A DNA stretch of 64,000 nucleotides, from positions 11,658,238-11,722,237 of the forward strand of contig OZ316892.1 of NCBI GenBank assembly GCA_973895155.1, written 5' to 3'. This document shows, piece after piece, positions 24,121 through 36,900 of this stretch. Within the stretch, counting starts at the first letter, position 1. Every line of letters begins with the position of its first letter. Below the pieces are notes generated by a model. It saw only the letters and a program-made list of their open reading frames with translations, was not told the DNA's origin and ran no database searches. The translations under genes were made by a program, and so were the position numbers. Source of the stretch: Marsupella aquatica (taxonomy: Eukaryota; Plantae; Marchantiophyta).

Positions 24121-27100
24121 GAGGACTTTGGACTTCAATGAGGGACAGCCTGGCCAAATAGTTATCCTTGTGGCCTTCAGCTGCATGTCTCAGGCTGAAT
24201 TTCACTTTCCAGATTTGAGAGAGGCCTAGTTTTAGTAACTTTTGTCTGACTCAACTTGGGAGCATTCAACCTATTTGCTAGCTTGTAGTTAGCTTTGACT
24301 CTCTGACTGTCAGCTTCATTGACGACCCTCTTGAGATATAAACAATTAGAACAAACACAAGTTGTCAACACAGATTCCATCGGAGCCATTATTACCTATT
24401 ATGTCAAGGCAATGGCTTCTTCTATTCCTTGTTGTAGCCAATTCAAATGTGTCATTCATTAGCAGACCTCTTTGGGAACCATAATAGTATGCAAAAAAAA
24501 AGTTAGCAACATTGCTGGCCTATCTTCACTCAGGATTCCAGGTTCAGGATACTCACTCAGTTGAGCGCAGTTGGACAGAAGTCACCTACCTCCACAAAAC
24601 CTTGTCTTTGAACCTCCAAGCAGGAGCTCACTTCAATACATGAGCTGAGCTAGATGTAAATTGCGCAGCTTCACGTTGCACCTCAGAGCAGGAGCTCGCT
24701 TCAGTACAGCAAGTCCTAGACGGAACCTCCTGTATCGGCCCCACAACAACAATGTTAATAAGGCTCCAAGTTGGACCTCACTTGGGCTAGCTCATGCAGA
24801 CATCATAGCTAGAAGCCAGGAATTACTCAGACACTGAATACTTCAGAATGGCCCATGGTGGTTGTCATACAATGCAACATTGAAAGTTAGAGGAAATATC
24901 CCATTCCGTATATTCAATTCACATTGGTTAGGGATCATACTGACCTCTTTTGGATGTATCAAACCTTTAGCATACCGAGTCAGCTTAGCGCAGTTGGACA
25001 AAAGTCACTCAGCCCCTTGTCCATAGCACGTTCTGAACCTCCCGCCTCACCAAATCCAGCAAAGAGCAGTGGATGCACAGCCTAGATAGCCAAACAAATT
25101 ATGGATCCAATCCTGACACAGTTAGAGTCTATGCGGATGCAACTGCAGCATGGACAAAGGGTCTCTTCCTTCCACTTAATATAGTCAATTCTTGCAAATT
25201 TTGTGAAAGCCCACTTCTGCCGTGACATGTTGTGAGAGTGAGAGGGGTTACGCTACAATCATATGTGGCACTAGTATAAGCCCCGACTTTATTCTGAAGA
25301 CTTTAGTGAATAGACACATGATTGGAGCAAGAATGTGGGCGCAACACATGATTACCTCATGCATGCATTGACTCAGCTTTGCATGATCGTAGCTCCCTCC
25401 TAGGTTGCAGGACCAGCTCTCGATCCAGTTGTAAAGCAGCAGCTTGTCTTGGCTCCTGGTTGCAAGTCGCAACCCAAGCTCTTGCTAGCAGCGCCCCGTC
25501 GCTGTTCAACGACAGTTCAGCTCAGGTAAGCACGCTTGATCTCTATCGTTGAGATCAGTTCAGCTTAAATAACTTGCAGGAGTCAATAAGCAGGAGTCAG
25601 GGCCACTATCATTTTTAGACATCGCAACTCAAACAGCTCATCAGTGACCGCAACTCAAAGGCCGATGCTTCAGTGACCGATGCCTCAGTGACTTTTGTAA
25701 TTCATAAAAGCTTCTCTTCAATGACCACTTCTACTACGGGAGATATGAACACCGAAAACCCAGCTGAAATGGAAAAAAGGGGGGAACGGCACCAGATAGT
25801 CCTCGACCTCTGTGAGAGCGCTCGCGATGGCCACTTCCTAGGTGGAATCTGTCTGCTTTGAAGTGAGAGGAGCACCGCAAATCGTAGCTGAAACCGCGGC
25901 CATCTTCAACAACAACAAATAGCAGCTGCAACGAAATGAGAACTCAGCAAATGTCGCAAATGCTGCCCTGCTCTGCTCTGCTCCGAATGTTGTTCTTGGC
26001 GACACACCAAAGCCTCGTCGCTTTGCTGATTCTCTTCCTACTGGTGCAGCCTAAACCTCAGCCCAAGCAAGCACATTCGATGGGCAGTTTCTGTCGGAAT
26101 GAGTGCCTCCCGCAGTGCAAACTCTTCACAGTGCCTTCCGTAGTGCCTATCGTCGATGCGTCACATAATTGCTCTTGTCCCCTTCCAATACATTCTGTTT
26201 CGTCGATGCAGCACCCTAAACTCGCTCTTCTCGCGTCCTACTACTCACTTTGCAGTCGGGATTGCAATTTGTCGATGCAGCTTTTGCCTTAGTGACAAAG
26301 TGCCCCCTCTTTTCCCTTGCAAAGAATGCAGCATTGGCTCCTCGTCCGCGAAACCAAAGGAATCCAAGGCAGAATGGCAATGCCGTGAAGGAACACATTA
26401 AACCCTAAAGCTGCTTTAATGTGCGCATATTTGTTTTCAACCGTCAGATCATCCTTTCATTAAGTTTACAACCGTCAGATCCTTGCTTGATTAAGGTAAG
26501 CACTGTCACACGAGCTGTCACAAGTTCTTATGCTCATTCCATCAGCATAGTGTGTGGGGTGCCGTTATTGGGTATGTAACATGCATGGAGGGGAGTATAT
26601 GAAGGTAAATTGTGACTATTCCCGGTTCATGGAACGATGTGTGGAGGGGGGTACATGTTGGTCAATTTGTAGGGCATGGCAATAAGTAAAAATAACCTGC
26701 CCTTGCACATGTAACCACGGTAATACACATTAACGTCCCTTGCATATGTAACCACGGCCAATAGTGAAGCCTTTTTGCGGTTGAATGGGGGCATGATGGC
26801 ATGGTGTCTAAATTAATGGGTGCTTATGAGCAATTTTCTTGGCCTGGAATAATCATGGAAAACTCACTAATGGTTAAAATGCATGACTTAACCATGTTTA
26901 AATAGAGTAATCTAATTATATAGGTATATCTACACTAACAATGTATTGGGTAGGATCCCATAGCTCAGGGTTTAGGTTGGTAGGTTCAAATATTGTGCTA
27001 TAAACCATAATGCTATATTGTAGAGTCACTTGTTGAACTTCAACGTAATTGCCTCAATTGAGTTGTACTTGCAACTTTCCAAATAGTTGAAAACATGACT

Positions 27101-30100
27101 CCCCTAAACTTCACCAAAAATCAGTCAACAAGGTGTGACGAACATGACACCCTAAACCTTGGAGTCACTTATTTCTGAAGGTCTCGCACAAGTCATGTAA
27201 GGGAAGGTCTCAGAATAGCTCGGTTTCTTCTAGTGGAATTATCTCTAGCTCCTATAATGCTAGGAAGTGCTAGGTAAGTCTAACCATGGTTAAGTTCCTA
27301 ACTATGGTTAGACTAACTATGGTTTAACCCAAGAGTAAGCGTTAACCAAAAAAACAGGGGGCGGGTGACAAACAGGGAAATGGAGTGGTTGGCTTGAGGA
27401 GGGCTTAAATGTCCTCACATCTATTTTAGTTTAGAGGGCAGGCACTCAGGCCATCAAGCCATATCAACAGTTCACCTCTCCCTCTTTTCCTCAGAGCAAG
27501 GCTCCATGGGTTGGGGCAGGGAGCACAAAAGTGCCCCAGGAATCTTGGAGCCAAATAGTTTACAAGATTCATTTTAGCCATACATACTTTACAAATTTTA
27601 CCCAAAATAGAAACTTTTCAAATTTTGATTTAGCACGAATTAAATTCACATTCATAACATTTGTAAAGTATGATACTAGTGTACCCTGGGCCCTCAACTT
27701 ATATAAATTGGAGAGGTAGTGCAACATTGAGAGAGTAGTTTAGGTTGATTTTAAATTAATTCTTATAATGATTACCAGCAATGGTGAAGACAATGGAGAA
27801 TGTCTGTTCACAAATAGGTTCCATTTACACGCAATGAAGCCCGAGAGTATCCCCAATTGGATAAGTACATATTTTATCCAAAACCCAAAGTGAGTACTTA
27901 ATTACGAGATCTACTCCACACAAACTACAATTGGAGAGCAAGTATGTGGTTGGAAAGCAAGTGGGCGGTTCATGGCCCCACACCTAGTATATTAATCTTA
28001 CAATTGGAGAAGATTCATTAGAGAAACGTGCAACCGAAAGTTTGGATAGGATTCCAAAATGCTCTTTATATGTGCTGGTATTGGAGGAGACTTTTCTGTT
28101 TGTTTCCCCCGGCCATGGGGTTTGCGTGGCCCATAAAAGTTATAAAAATTCTAAAAACGTTTAAAGGAAAATGCTCTTTATATGAAAGTCCAGCTTTTTG
28201 GCTCAAGATTTATCATCTTAGTTGAAGTGGGATGTTTCTCCAGATCCCATGCAAACTTGGAATCCTACATAAGAAAAAGGTTTAGAAAGGGGATCCCGTC
28301 CAACCGTTTATACCTGGACAACTTGGGCACTGTGTAAAGACTCGTATCCCCTTACTCAATATTCACTTCATCTTACTGAAAGTATATATTTCAATCCTAT
28401 CTGATATAAAGGCATAGAACGAGGATCCCAACAAGCTCCCAGAGAAACTTTTGTAGTGTGTAAAGATTAGTATCATTTCACTCAAGATTCATATCATCTT
28501 AGTTAAACTATATGTGTCCATAGATCCTGTTGGTTGAAATCCTATGTGATGAAATGGTTTAGGAAGAGCATCCCATCCCATCCAAGATAATACCTCCAGA
28601 AACTTGTGCAGTGTGTATAGAAGTAAATCTAATGACGTTGAAGCTTGGATGAACATAAATGAAAAATGAGATGTATTCACTTTAGTTCCACAGATTACAT
28701 GTAAACATGCATTTGACTGGTAATCAAATGTTGCAGCTGTCCATATAGCCATCTCTGTAATCTTATTCATTCAACTGAAGGAGTTGGTTTCCCTTGTTTA
28801 TTATAGTTACCGTGTATATAACCTCTTACATTTCCATATCGCATCAATGTAAGGTTCCAGGAGTACTGTGACATTGTAAGGTTCATACAAGTAGTGACGT
28901 CAACTTTAGTGTCAGAGATTTGTCATTTCAAATTTAATTGTGGGTGAATCTCCCAATTAATTCATGACACTGTAAAGTTCTGGGAGTATTGTGACACCAT
29001 AAAGTTCTTGTGTACTCCGAGAGGGAGTGTCAAACATTTGTGTCCAGAGAGTTTCCACTTTAAATCTAATGGTGGACAAAACTCTCTATTATGTCATTAC
29101 ATTTAAAGGTTCCACAAGTATGGTGACACTGTAAAGTTAGTGTGTCCATCCAAGTAACAATGTCACAAGTTGACATAAATTCAGTCAGGAAAACCAGTGT
29201 CAAAGTAACAAAGTAATCAAAAGCCTAGTAACCCAGCACCAAACCTGAGTTATCCTATACATCCATGAGAGTTAACACTCCAAATTAAATGGTGGGCGAT
29301 AGTGCCTATTAAATTTCATCGTAAATGCCAACGCAACGCACAGAAAGAACAGTACAGGCGTCTAAAAGTATCCTCGTGAGCAAAGGCGTGATCTATTATG
29401 ATGTGGCCGATCTGTCCACACGGCTCCAATTCCTCCAATCTGCTCTGCATCCGCAACGAACGATTCGTCCGTCGCTCTGCTCTCGCAGCTCTCATCGCTT
29501 GCCATCTGTTTCCATCGCTACAGTTGTGATGCGCCGAGACTCCAGATTGGGTGTCGATGTAACGCCCATGGGAACCTCTAGACTCTAGACCGAGCTTTGT
29601 TTCTGAATTGATGGAGAGAAGGTCGCAGGGCGAAGCTGGAGCTAATCGGGAAGAGTTTGCTCTCAGAGTTCCAGGCTTTCAGCGCTCGATTGTGCCTCGA
29701 GCTCCTCTGGCCTCTGCGCTCACGGATTCTTTTCGCATGATGATGGTCGAGCGGTGGAGCAAGAAAGAAGACGCGCGGGTGTGCTTCGAAAGTGCAGGTG
29801 CCGTGGCGTCCAATTTTCACACGCACTTCGTTGCGTGTTCTACGTCGGCTGCGGTTCGCATGGAAGGGAGAAAGAAAGGAAGACACGAATCGCGTCGAGT
29901 TTGTGGTGGAGGTGGAAGGTAAGAGCGGCCGCAGAGAGTGTGAGGGATTATCCTGGCAGGAGAAGTCTGTGGCTGCGTTCGAATTCCGGAGAACTTGGTT
30001 CGTGCTGTGGTACTTGTCTAGTTGATTCTCGTTTGTACAGCGGTACCGATCTAATTCGTCTCGAAGCAGAAGCGGATGCTCTCTGAGGAGCATGTTCGTT

Positions 30101-30873
30101 TCCGGAAACAGAGCTCAGAAGGAGAGGGAATTACAAGTTTTGCAGGTTGAGAGCACAAGGGTGTGACTTTTGATGGCCGGGCAAGGAAAACGCAGCAATT
30201 TGCAGGGCGTGAGTTCACTTGTGGAGTCGATACTTCTGAGATGATGGAGAGGAAGGAGAAAAGTTATGGAGTTTACTGTTGAGCTGTTTAGGACACGGTA
30301 ACCGCCCATGGTGGGAGAAGTGCGTGAGCCGCGACTATCTATTGACCCTTGGATCAAGTTTGTGAGCTGCAATCCTTACAGGTATCAGGGGGAGGCGCGC
30401 AGTCAACAGTACAGAGAAGCATTAGATCGTGAACGCAGCTAAGATTAAGTGGTCGACCTGGACAATGTCTTGGAGGAATGTCTGGGAGGCATTTCACTTC
30501 GAGAGCATGAGATGACCATGTAATGGTTTCGCAAAGTATTAATCTCTCAGAGCAGGTCAATGTAACGGAGTCGACAGCACCCTGTTCTGAAGTTACTGAC
30601 GTTGCGAGGGTCCTGAAAGTGTAGCCAGATTATGCGGGGGAAACATGTACGATGCTCGGAGCCAGGGACTTAACCTCTTCGATTCTCGTTCAGTCCAGAG
30701 AAGAATTGTGAGTGATTACGGAAAAGGAAATTGCTCCTGCAGTTGTCAAGTCTATCACTGTCGAATTTTCATAGCACCTCGTCCATAAAAGAGGGTGTGA
30801 CCATACGGCATATGGATAATAGGTTAAGAAATACTCCAAGCGTTTAGTAGCTCTTCGGAATTCTCTCCCTTAC

Positions 30874-33800
30874 ATGTCGGCGAGGTCGGCAGCAATGGCT
30901 GCCAGACGACTGGCAGATACCGTGTCCAGGGATATTGTGGAGGATATATACCGTTGCAGCTTTAAAAAACAGACAGGTGTGAGCCTCAAGTACATGATGG
31001 ACTTCGGTGCTTTTCCTACGGTCAGAAATTTCCTCGTTTCAGCTCAGTTTCTGCACAAAGAGTTGCCTGTTAGATTGGCACATCGGGTCACCGAGCTCGA
31101 AAATTTACCGCACGGCCTGTCTACGAAGTCTCCAGTGTTGAAGGTATTTTATAGTGGCTCGTGATCCCCCATGTCTAATTCTAAATTCCTCTCCACAAGC
31201 TACGTTCGCTCTTTTCTGCTCGGCATTTTTAATAGAATGAGGACTAGGATCATAGCAGGAGCTATTTCTTAGTGAATATTTAAGGTTGCTATCGACTCGA
31301 CTACCATTTGATTAGTGTCACTGTTGCCATCAAAAGCATGCATTATCAACCATGTATGCTGTCAGCAATGTACAACCCCGGATAAACAACTAACAGCTAA
31401 TTAATTCTTGAGGTTGGTTCCCAGTCTTGACACAGATGCTGATGCTCTTCAGAGACTTGATGAATTGTGTAGGATGTGGCATGAACGCAATGAATATGTA
31501 TTTGCGCATGGCCTTCAAATGCATCATTGTCAATTATCAGTCAACTATCATTGGCAAAATATTGAAGGCTGTGGCGTATATTTATGAAGCTAATCTATCT
31601 ATTTGCCATGGTTTTACTTTCTCACAGGTCCGGGACTGGTATGTCGATTCGTTCAAGGACTTGCGAAGCTTCGCAGATATCCGAGACTTGCATGATGAAC
31701 TTCGCTTCACGAACCTTATCTATCAAATTAAAATGCGACACAACGATGTCATGCCAACCATGGCCATGGGTATCAACGAGTTGAAGGAGGACCTTGGGCG
31801 GAAGGTCGGATTGAACGAGCTTCCCGAGATACACCAGTTCCTCGATCGATTTTACATGTCCCGAATTGGTATCCGTATGCTCATTGGTATGCTTCTCAAG
31901 CCTGACTAATTTGAATGTTACCACATTAGCTATGTAAGATTGGTGCGACTTTTTTCCTATGGACATCGCCGCACGGCAAGGGGACCCCAAAACTTGTAGT
32001 CTGAGGAACAGTTCGTGGCATGCAGGTCAACATGTCGCACTACATGAAAAGCATCCACCCCCTGGCTACATTGGCCTCATTTGCACGCAATTGTCACCGG
32101 TTGAAGTTGCCCAAAATGCAATTGATGATGCACGGTCGTCTTGCATGAGGACATATGGCAGTGCCCCTGAAGTTCATGTATATGGTGATCCCAACTTCAA
32201 GTTTGCGTAAGCAATTCCCCGTCTATCGCTGGTGATATTTTCGAAATGCTATCTTTTTGAAAGAAATATAATAGTGCGAAACCATTGCTGGACCGGGGTA
32301 TTCGAAGTCTGAAGGATAGGTCCTCCTCAAGAATGTCTAGCAGGATGCTCCACCACGAAGTTGTGCCTAATTGCCTTGCTTGCTCTGGAGGATTTCCCTC
32401 TCTTCTTTCGGAAGATGTTATGTGGGATAGATTTCGGGTTAAGATGATTCTTCTTTAATGTGCAGTTATGTACCAACACATTTGCATCAAATGCTTTTTG
32501 AGTTGGTGAAGAATTCGCTGCGTGCCGTGCAAGAAAGGTTTCAGGATGATGACCGCGATTTTCCGCCGATTAGAGTGGTTGTCGCCGATGGACTGGAAGA
32601 TGTTACCATAAAGGTGTGATGTTCGCAGTGAACACGCCAAACTATAGTAGACAGTTTTGCATTCAAAATGTGCTTGGTAGCATTGAGAGTTTACGTAAAT
32701 TGTGGCTCACAAGGTTTGTTGCATTTTAGTCAGATATCCGATGAAGGAGGTGGCATTCCAAGAAGCGGGCTACCAAAAATTTGGACGTACTTGTACAGTA
32801 CAGCAAAGAACCCCGCCGCTATTCAAGAACAACCAAACGTCATGGCTGGCTATGGTTATGGGTTGCCAATCTCTCGGCTCTATGCAAGATACTTCGGCGG
32901 AGATTTGCAGGTTATTTCGATGGAGGGTTATGGTGAGTTGCTTTTAATTCCCGTGGAACCAGTAAGAAAGAAATCCAAGAAATCTTCACTGGAATAGCTT
33001 TGGGTTTAAACAGTCATTATTTCTTTCTTGCGTTGCCTCTGTGCAGTCTGTGGGCCTTGATCTCTTTCTTTCTATTCTTTTCCGTTTCGATCCGAGTTCT
33101 GCATACGCATAGTCAGTGTGCAGAGAGTTGTGTTGGGCTATGAACGTGGCAGTCCCAAGTGTGAAATAGTGGGGCAATTAACATAAAATGCTCATCGAGC
33201 TGAAAGTTATAATTTTGGTTTGGGGGAGGTTAACTGGGGATACAGAGTAGAGCACGTGCAGCTGTAAAACAGTGTCATGATTGAAGAGGCCCAATGCTGG
33301 CTAGCCGATCCTGTTCTTGAGTCTAATTAGCTGACAAATAGTTCAGGCTTGGCCAAGCAATGAGCACGGTGTGGGGAAAAGGACTAAACCAAAAGGACCA
33401 CAATACCAAGAAAAATGGTCGTCCTCGAAACACACTAGTTGCAGTTAGATTAGCGTGCGTGCGTGCGTGCCTAGCTACCAAATTGGGGACAAACTGCAAT
33501 CTTTCCAGAAGAAATGCGCAGCGATGACGGTGCTGTCATCGCTGGGCTCGTTCCAGACTGGGAACTCCTTCGATGTGATGATTGCCACTGGTTCCTATGG
33601 GCTCAAAAGTAGTTGATTTTGAAACTTTATTGCTTCTTACCACGTATAGTGAGGGAGCTCAGAACAAACCCCTAGCTCTTGATATTATATGGGCTTGGAT
33701 TTGAAAACCAATTTGACCGTATCCTTCTGAACCAGAAATTAAATCCCTGCATGTGCTAGATAATCCGCATGTCCGTTTCTGCCCACTAATGTGTTGCGAG

Positions 33801-33930
33801 TATGAGATATCTGTAACGCATCTTTCTTCACACGCTGGATTGCTAAGCCATTTCTCGGTTGGACGTTGCAGGCACGGACGCATACCTACATCTGAACAGA
33901 CTCGGAAATGTTCAAGAGCCACTTCCTTAA
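30874..33930 (+). CDS. PDK: mitochondrial pyruvate dehydrogenase kinase, 6 exons (30874-31143, 31628-31886, 32026-32206, 32466-32613, 32734-32932, 33872-33930), 371 aa
   Basis: KQTGVSLKYMMDFG, ELPVRLAHRV, FLDRFYMSRIGIRMLIGQH, FELVKNSLRA, ISDEGGGIPR, MAGYGYGLPISRLYARYFGGDL, GTDAYLHL...EPLP*. All introns are GT-AG and the frame is preserved. Confidence 0.96.
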
Positions 33931-36900
33931 CGTTTCTGTTCAAATGCGAACCCCATGCCAATGTGGGTTGTATGAAGTGCAGTGTCAGTGGAATTGGGAA
34001 AACACTGTTACTTTCTATTTATATATGAAACTTTATTTGTCGCCTCGAGTTCAACTCTGTCATAGTATCGTACCACATTTTCTCTCCCCTGACAATCAAT
34101 ACATTTGAAGACTGTTTGGAGTTTGGATAATTCAGCGAACGGCATTGGAGCGTGTCTCTGAGACATCAGTTTGTGGTCCCCTTCCCTGCAGCTCGCCCGC
34201 TCTGAAGGTGGTATCTGAATAGCACTATGAATTTAGAAAAGATCCAGATAAGGTCTTCCGGGGCTAAACATCCTCTGTAATAGATTCGGAGGGCTCATTT
34301 CTACAATATGGGCCTTCACCTCACATGACCGCTGGGAACAAGGCCCTGCTTGTCGATCTGTACGCGAAGAACCCTACTGAGAGATAGCGAGAAAGCCTAC
34401 ACTATCGTGAATGCCGATTTGAAGCTGCTAATGAGCTTTGACAGTCCAGATCCAGGAGCTTCCCTTCGACTGAAGCTCCATGAGTGATTCCCATGTAAAT
34501 TTTTAATTCTACACGAGATCAACAGAGATGTCGCATTCCGTGGGAGAGCTAGTCCGTTAGATTATTATATAGGAGGCAACACTGTACAAGTGTATTCCGT
34601 GGAATACGGAATGCAGAGTAGTACCTATTTCAACGCCATGTCCTTGAACAAGGAAGAACAACGTCGAAGTAGTATTGCAATTTCCGAAGATTTCTCCCAC
34701 TACATCTACACTCGCAAGAAGTCGAAGGTTCTGCTCTGGAAGTCACATATTTTTCAAAGCTTTCAGTAGTAAAGTCTCCAGAAGTGCGACGACGGAGTCA
34801 AATGCCGCACACCAAACGCCCAAACCTAACCGTTCCGAAATTGATGGCAACCAAGAAGGAAACGCACCAGACGTCTTTTCTGATGAACGGGAATGATTCC
34901 TTTCACTACTGCGAGAATTTCATTTCAGTTGTGGAGTATTTTCACATGGGTCCCTTCATTTCGTGGAAATGCGAAAGTTCGCTAGGTGGATTCCCGCGAC
35001 CCACGTTGTACGTGATAGTCTTAAACGCGCCGTTCCCGATTTCCCGGTCCTTTGCGTTCGTTTCATTATTATTTGCTCGAAGAATCAACGACAGGAAGCC
35101 GATGTGCCAGAGCCGCGTCCCGGGCCCATTTTAGGTTTCTGACTGTCACGTCTGCAATTCGTTTCGACCTAAGATCGACGGCCTGCGGCGGCCTTGGACA
35201 ACGCTGCCTCGTAGGTCGACGGCGGCCGACTGTCCTCACTGCAGAATCCGAGGTCCGCGAGTATGGACGCAAGTGCTCAGAAAGAAGCCGTCGAGCGGAT
35301 CCGCATGCGTTGTTTCAGTTTTACGTCCCAACGAATGTTTCTTTCTAGGGCGTCTCAAAAGCGTCTCAAAAGCGCCTCAAAGCTCTTCACAGTTATAGAT
35401 ATGGCTTTTGGCCATTTTGGCGACAAAAAAATGGCCATAGCTTTTTTTGCAGGGCGTAAGTTTGGTTTTGTGTTCACGAGTCTCTACAGTGACACTCATG
35501 GCATGCTATCAATTTTTATGGCAAAAAATTATGGATCCAAATTTTTTCTTCTCCGGAACCTTACTAAGTTAAGGTCCATCAAATGTCACGCATGGCATAC
35601 TACCAATTTTATGGCGAAAAATAGTTGCAGACGGAGTATAGAGAAACAATCGAACTTATCAAAACATAGACTCACGTTCTAGCAAATGGCGATAAAGTTG
35701 GTGGACGAGCTCGAGAGGAGTCGAGGCCTTTAATTAAAACTGTATTGCATGCAGTAATACAGCAAAGGCTCCGGGTCCATGGATGATTAATGAAGCACTT
35801 CACACTCGCCAATCTATTACTGGGTTAACGCTTTTTTCTTTCCAACCATCTTTTTTGAATCGAAAAAGCGGCGTAAGTTTATAAAAAGTATGGATCCAAA
35901 AGTTTTCATGTTAGGAACCTCAACTACTAAATTAAGGCGCATGAAATTTTGAGGTTTGAGACCCCTTATTTGAGTTCTAGTGGACCAGCTGTGTTTTTGA
36001 GGGTTGTTAATATCTCATTTTGGGGAAGGTGTGTGACTGACAAATTTTGAGTCTTAGAGCCACCCACCTTGCATGTGAGAGACCTACAACAGATTGAGAT
36101 TTACTGAGTTGGCACTCTTTTTTGTTGAGATACACAGTTCATGGTGAACAATCCAGTTAAAAAAACCCTCTTAAAGAAGTCACCAATTTGGGCAAAAATT
36201 TGTGAGCCTCATTATCCAGATTGTGAGGGTCATCTCCAAATTTATGGAGAGCTAACTTTCAGAAATTAATAGAGGAAAATTTGATAAGGAATATTTTTAG
36301 CATCTTCCTTCCCGCAAGCTGACATTTGCAGCCCTGGCAAAAACAAAACTTCAAACTATCTTGTGTATTAGGCTGTCTCAAATCTTCCATTTCCATCAAC
36401 CATTGCAGGAAATTTTTGTCTACTGAAGCCCAACTTTCATGCAACCTTTACTCAAGGGTTTTTGATTTGAGACCCGTCACAACACCCCTCCGCAGGTGAA
36501 CTCAACATCATCAAATATTTGAATTTGGTTGTGGGCCAATTTTTGGTGTGGATGCCGGTGCACTGACCGCCTGAGTTAATGGCAGTAGCATTTTCCATGG
36601 AACCACAGGTTTCTAACCCAAGGCCTAGCCCGCAGCATTCCGGTGCCGTAAACCTGCACGGAGTAGCTGGTTTGAGACACCCTATTAGTTCTCCATACGG
36701 AAAAGGGGGGAAAACCAAGGATAACCCACTTTCCCTGGTGATGGTTTGGGTGTAATAGTAATCAGTTACTTTATGTCAGGAAGGATGAAAACCTACGGAT
36801 GATGGATCGAATCCCTACAGAGTCAAAGGTGCTCTATAATAACGTTACCTTTGCATTTTACTCTTATCCAGAAGTTATTTATGGGATTTCTGCAGCGATT

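Larger units (their letters stand above)
12410..27235 (-). mobile_element. complete CACTA (En/Spm) DNA transposon, 14,826 bp (CACTA-1)
   Basis: Perfect 18-bp TIR CACTAGAAGAAACCGAGC at 12410 and its reverse complement ending at 27235, extending imperfectly to about 30 bp (..GAGACC). 3-bp TSD GAA at 12407-12409 and 27236-27238. Subterminal GTGACT/AGTCAC motifs. Internal TnpD- and TnpA-like genes. Confidence 0.97.

Noticed and set aside
27236-29320. AT-rich degenerate repeats flanking CACTA-1, possibly an older host element continuous with 10727-12409
   Set aside because: No TIR, TSD or LTR pair could be defined, so it is not called as an element.
34100-35350. Possible minus-strand transcript or ncRNA downstream of a GGGCCC-containing promoter-like segment
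   Set aside because: No convincing ORF, snRNA/snoRNA motif set or USE element.
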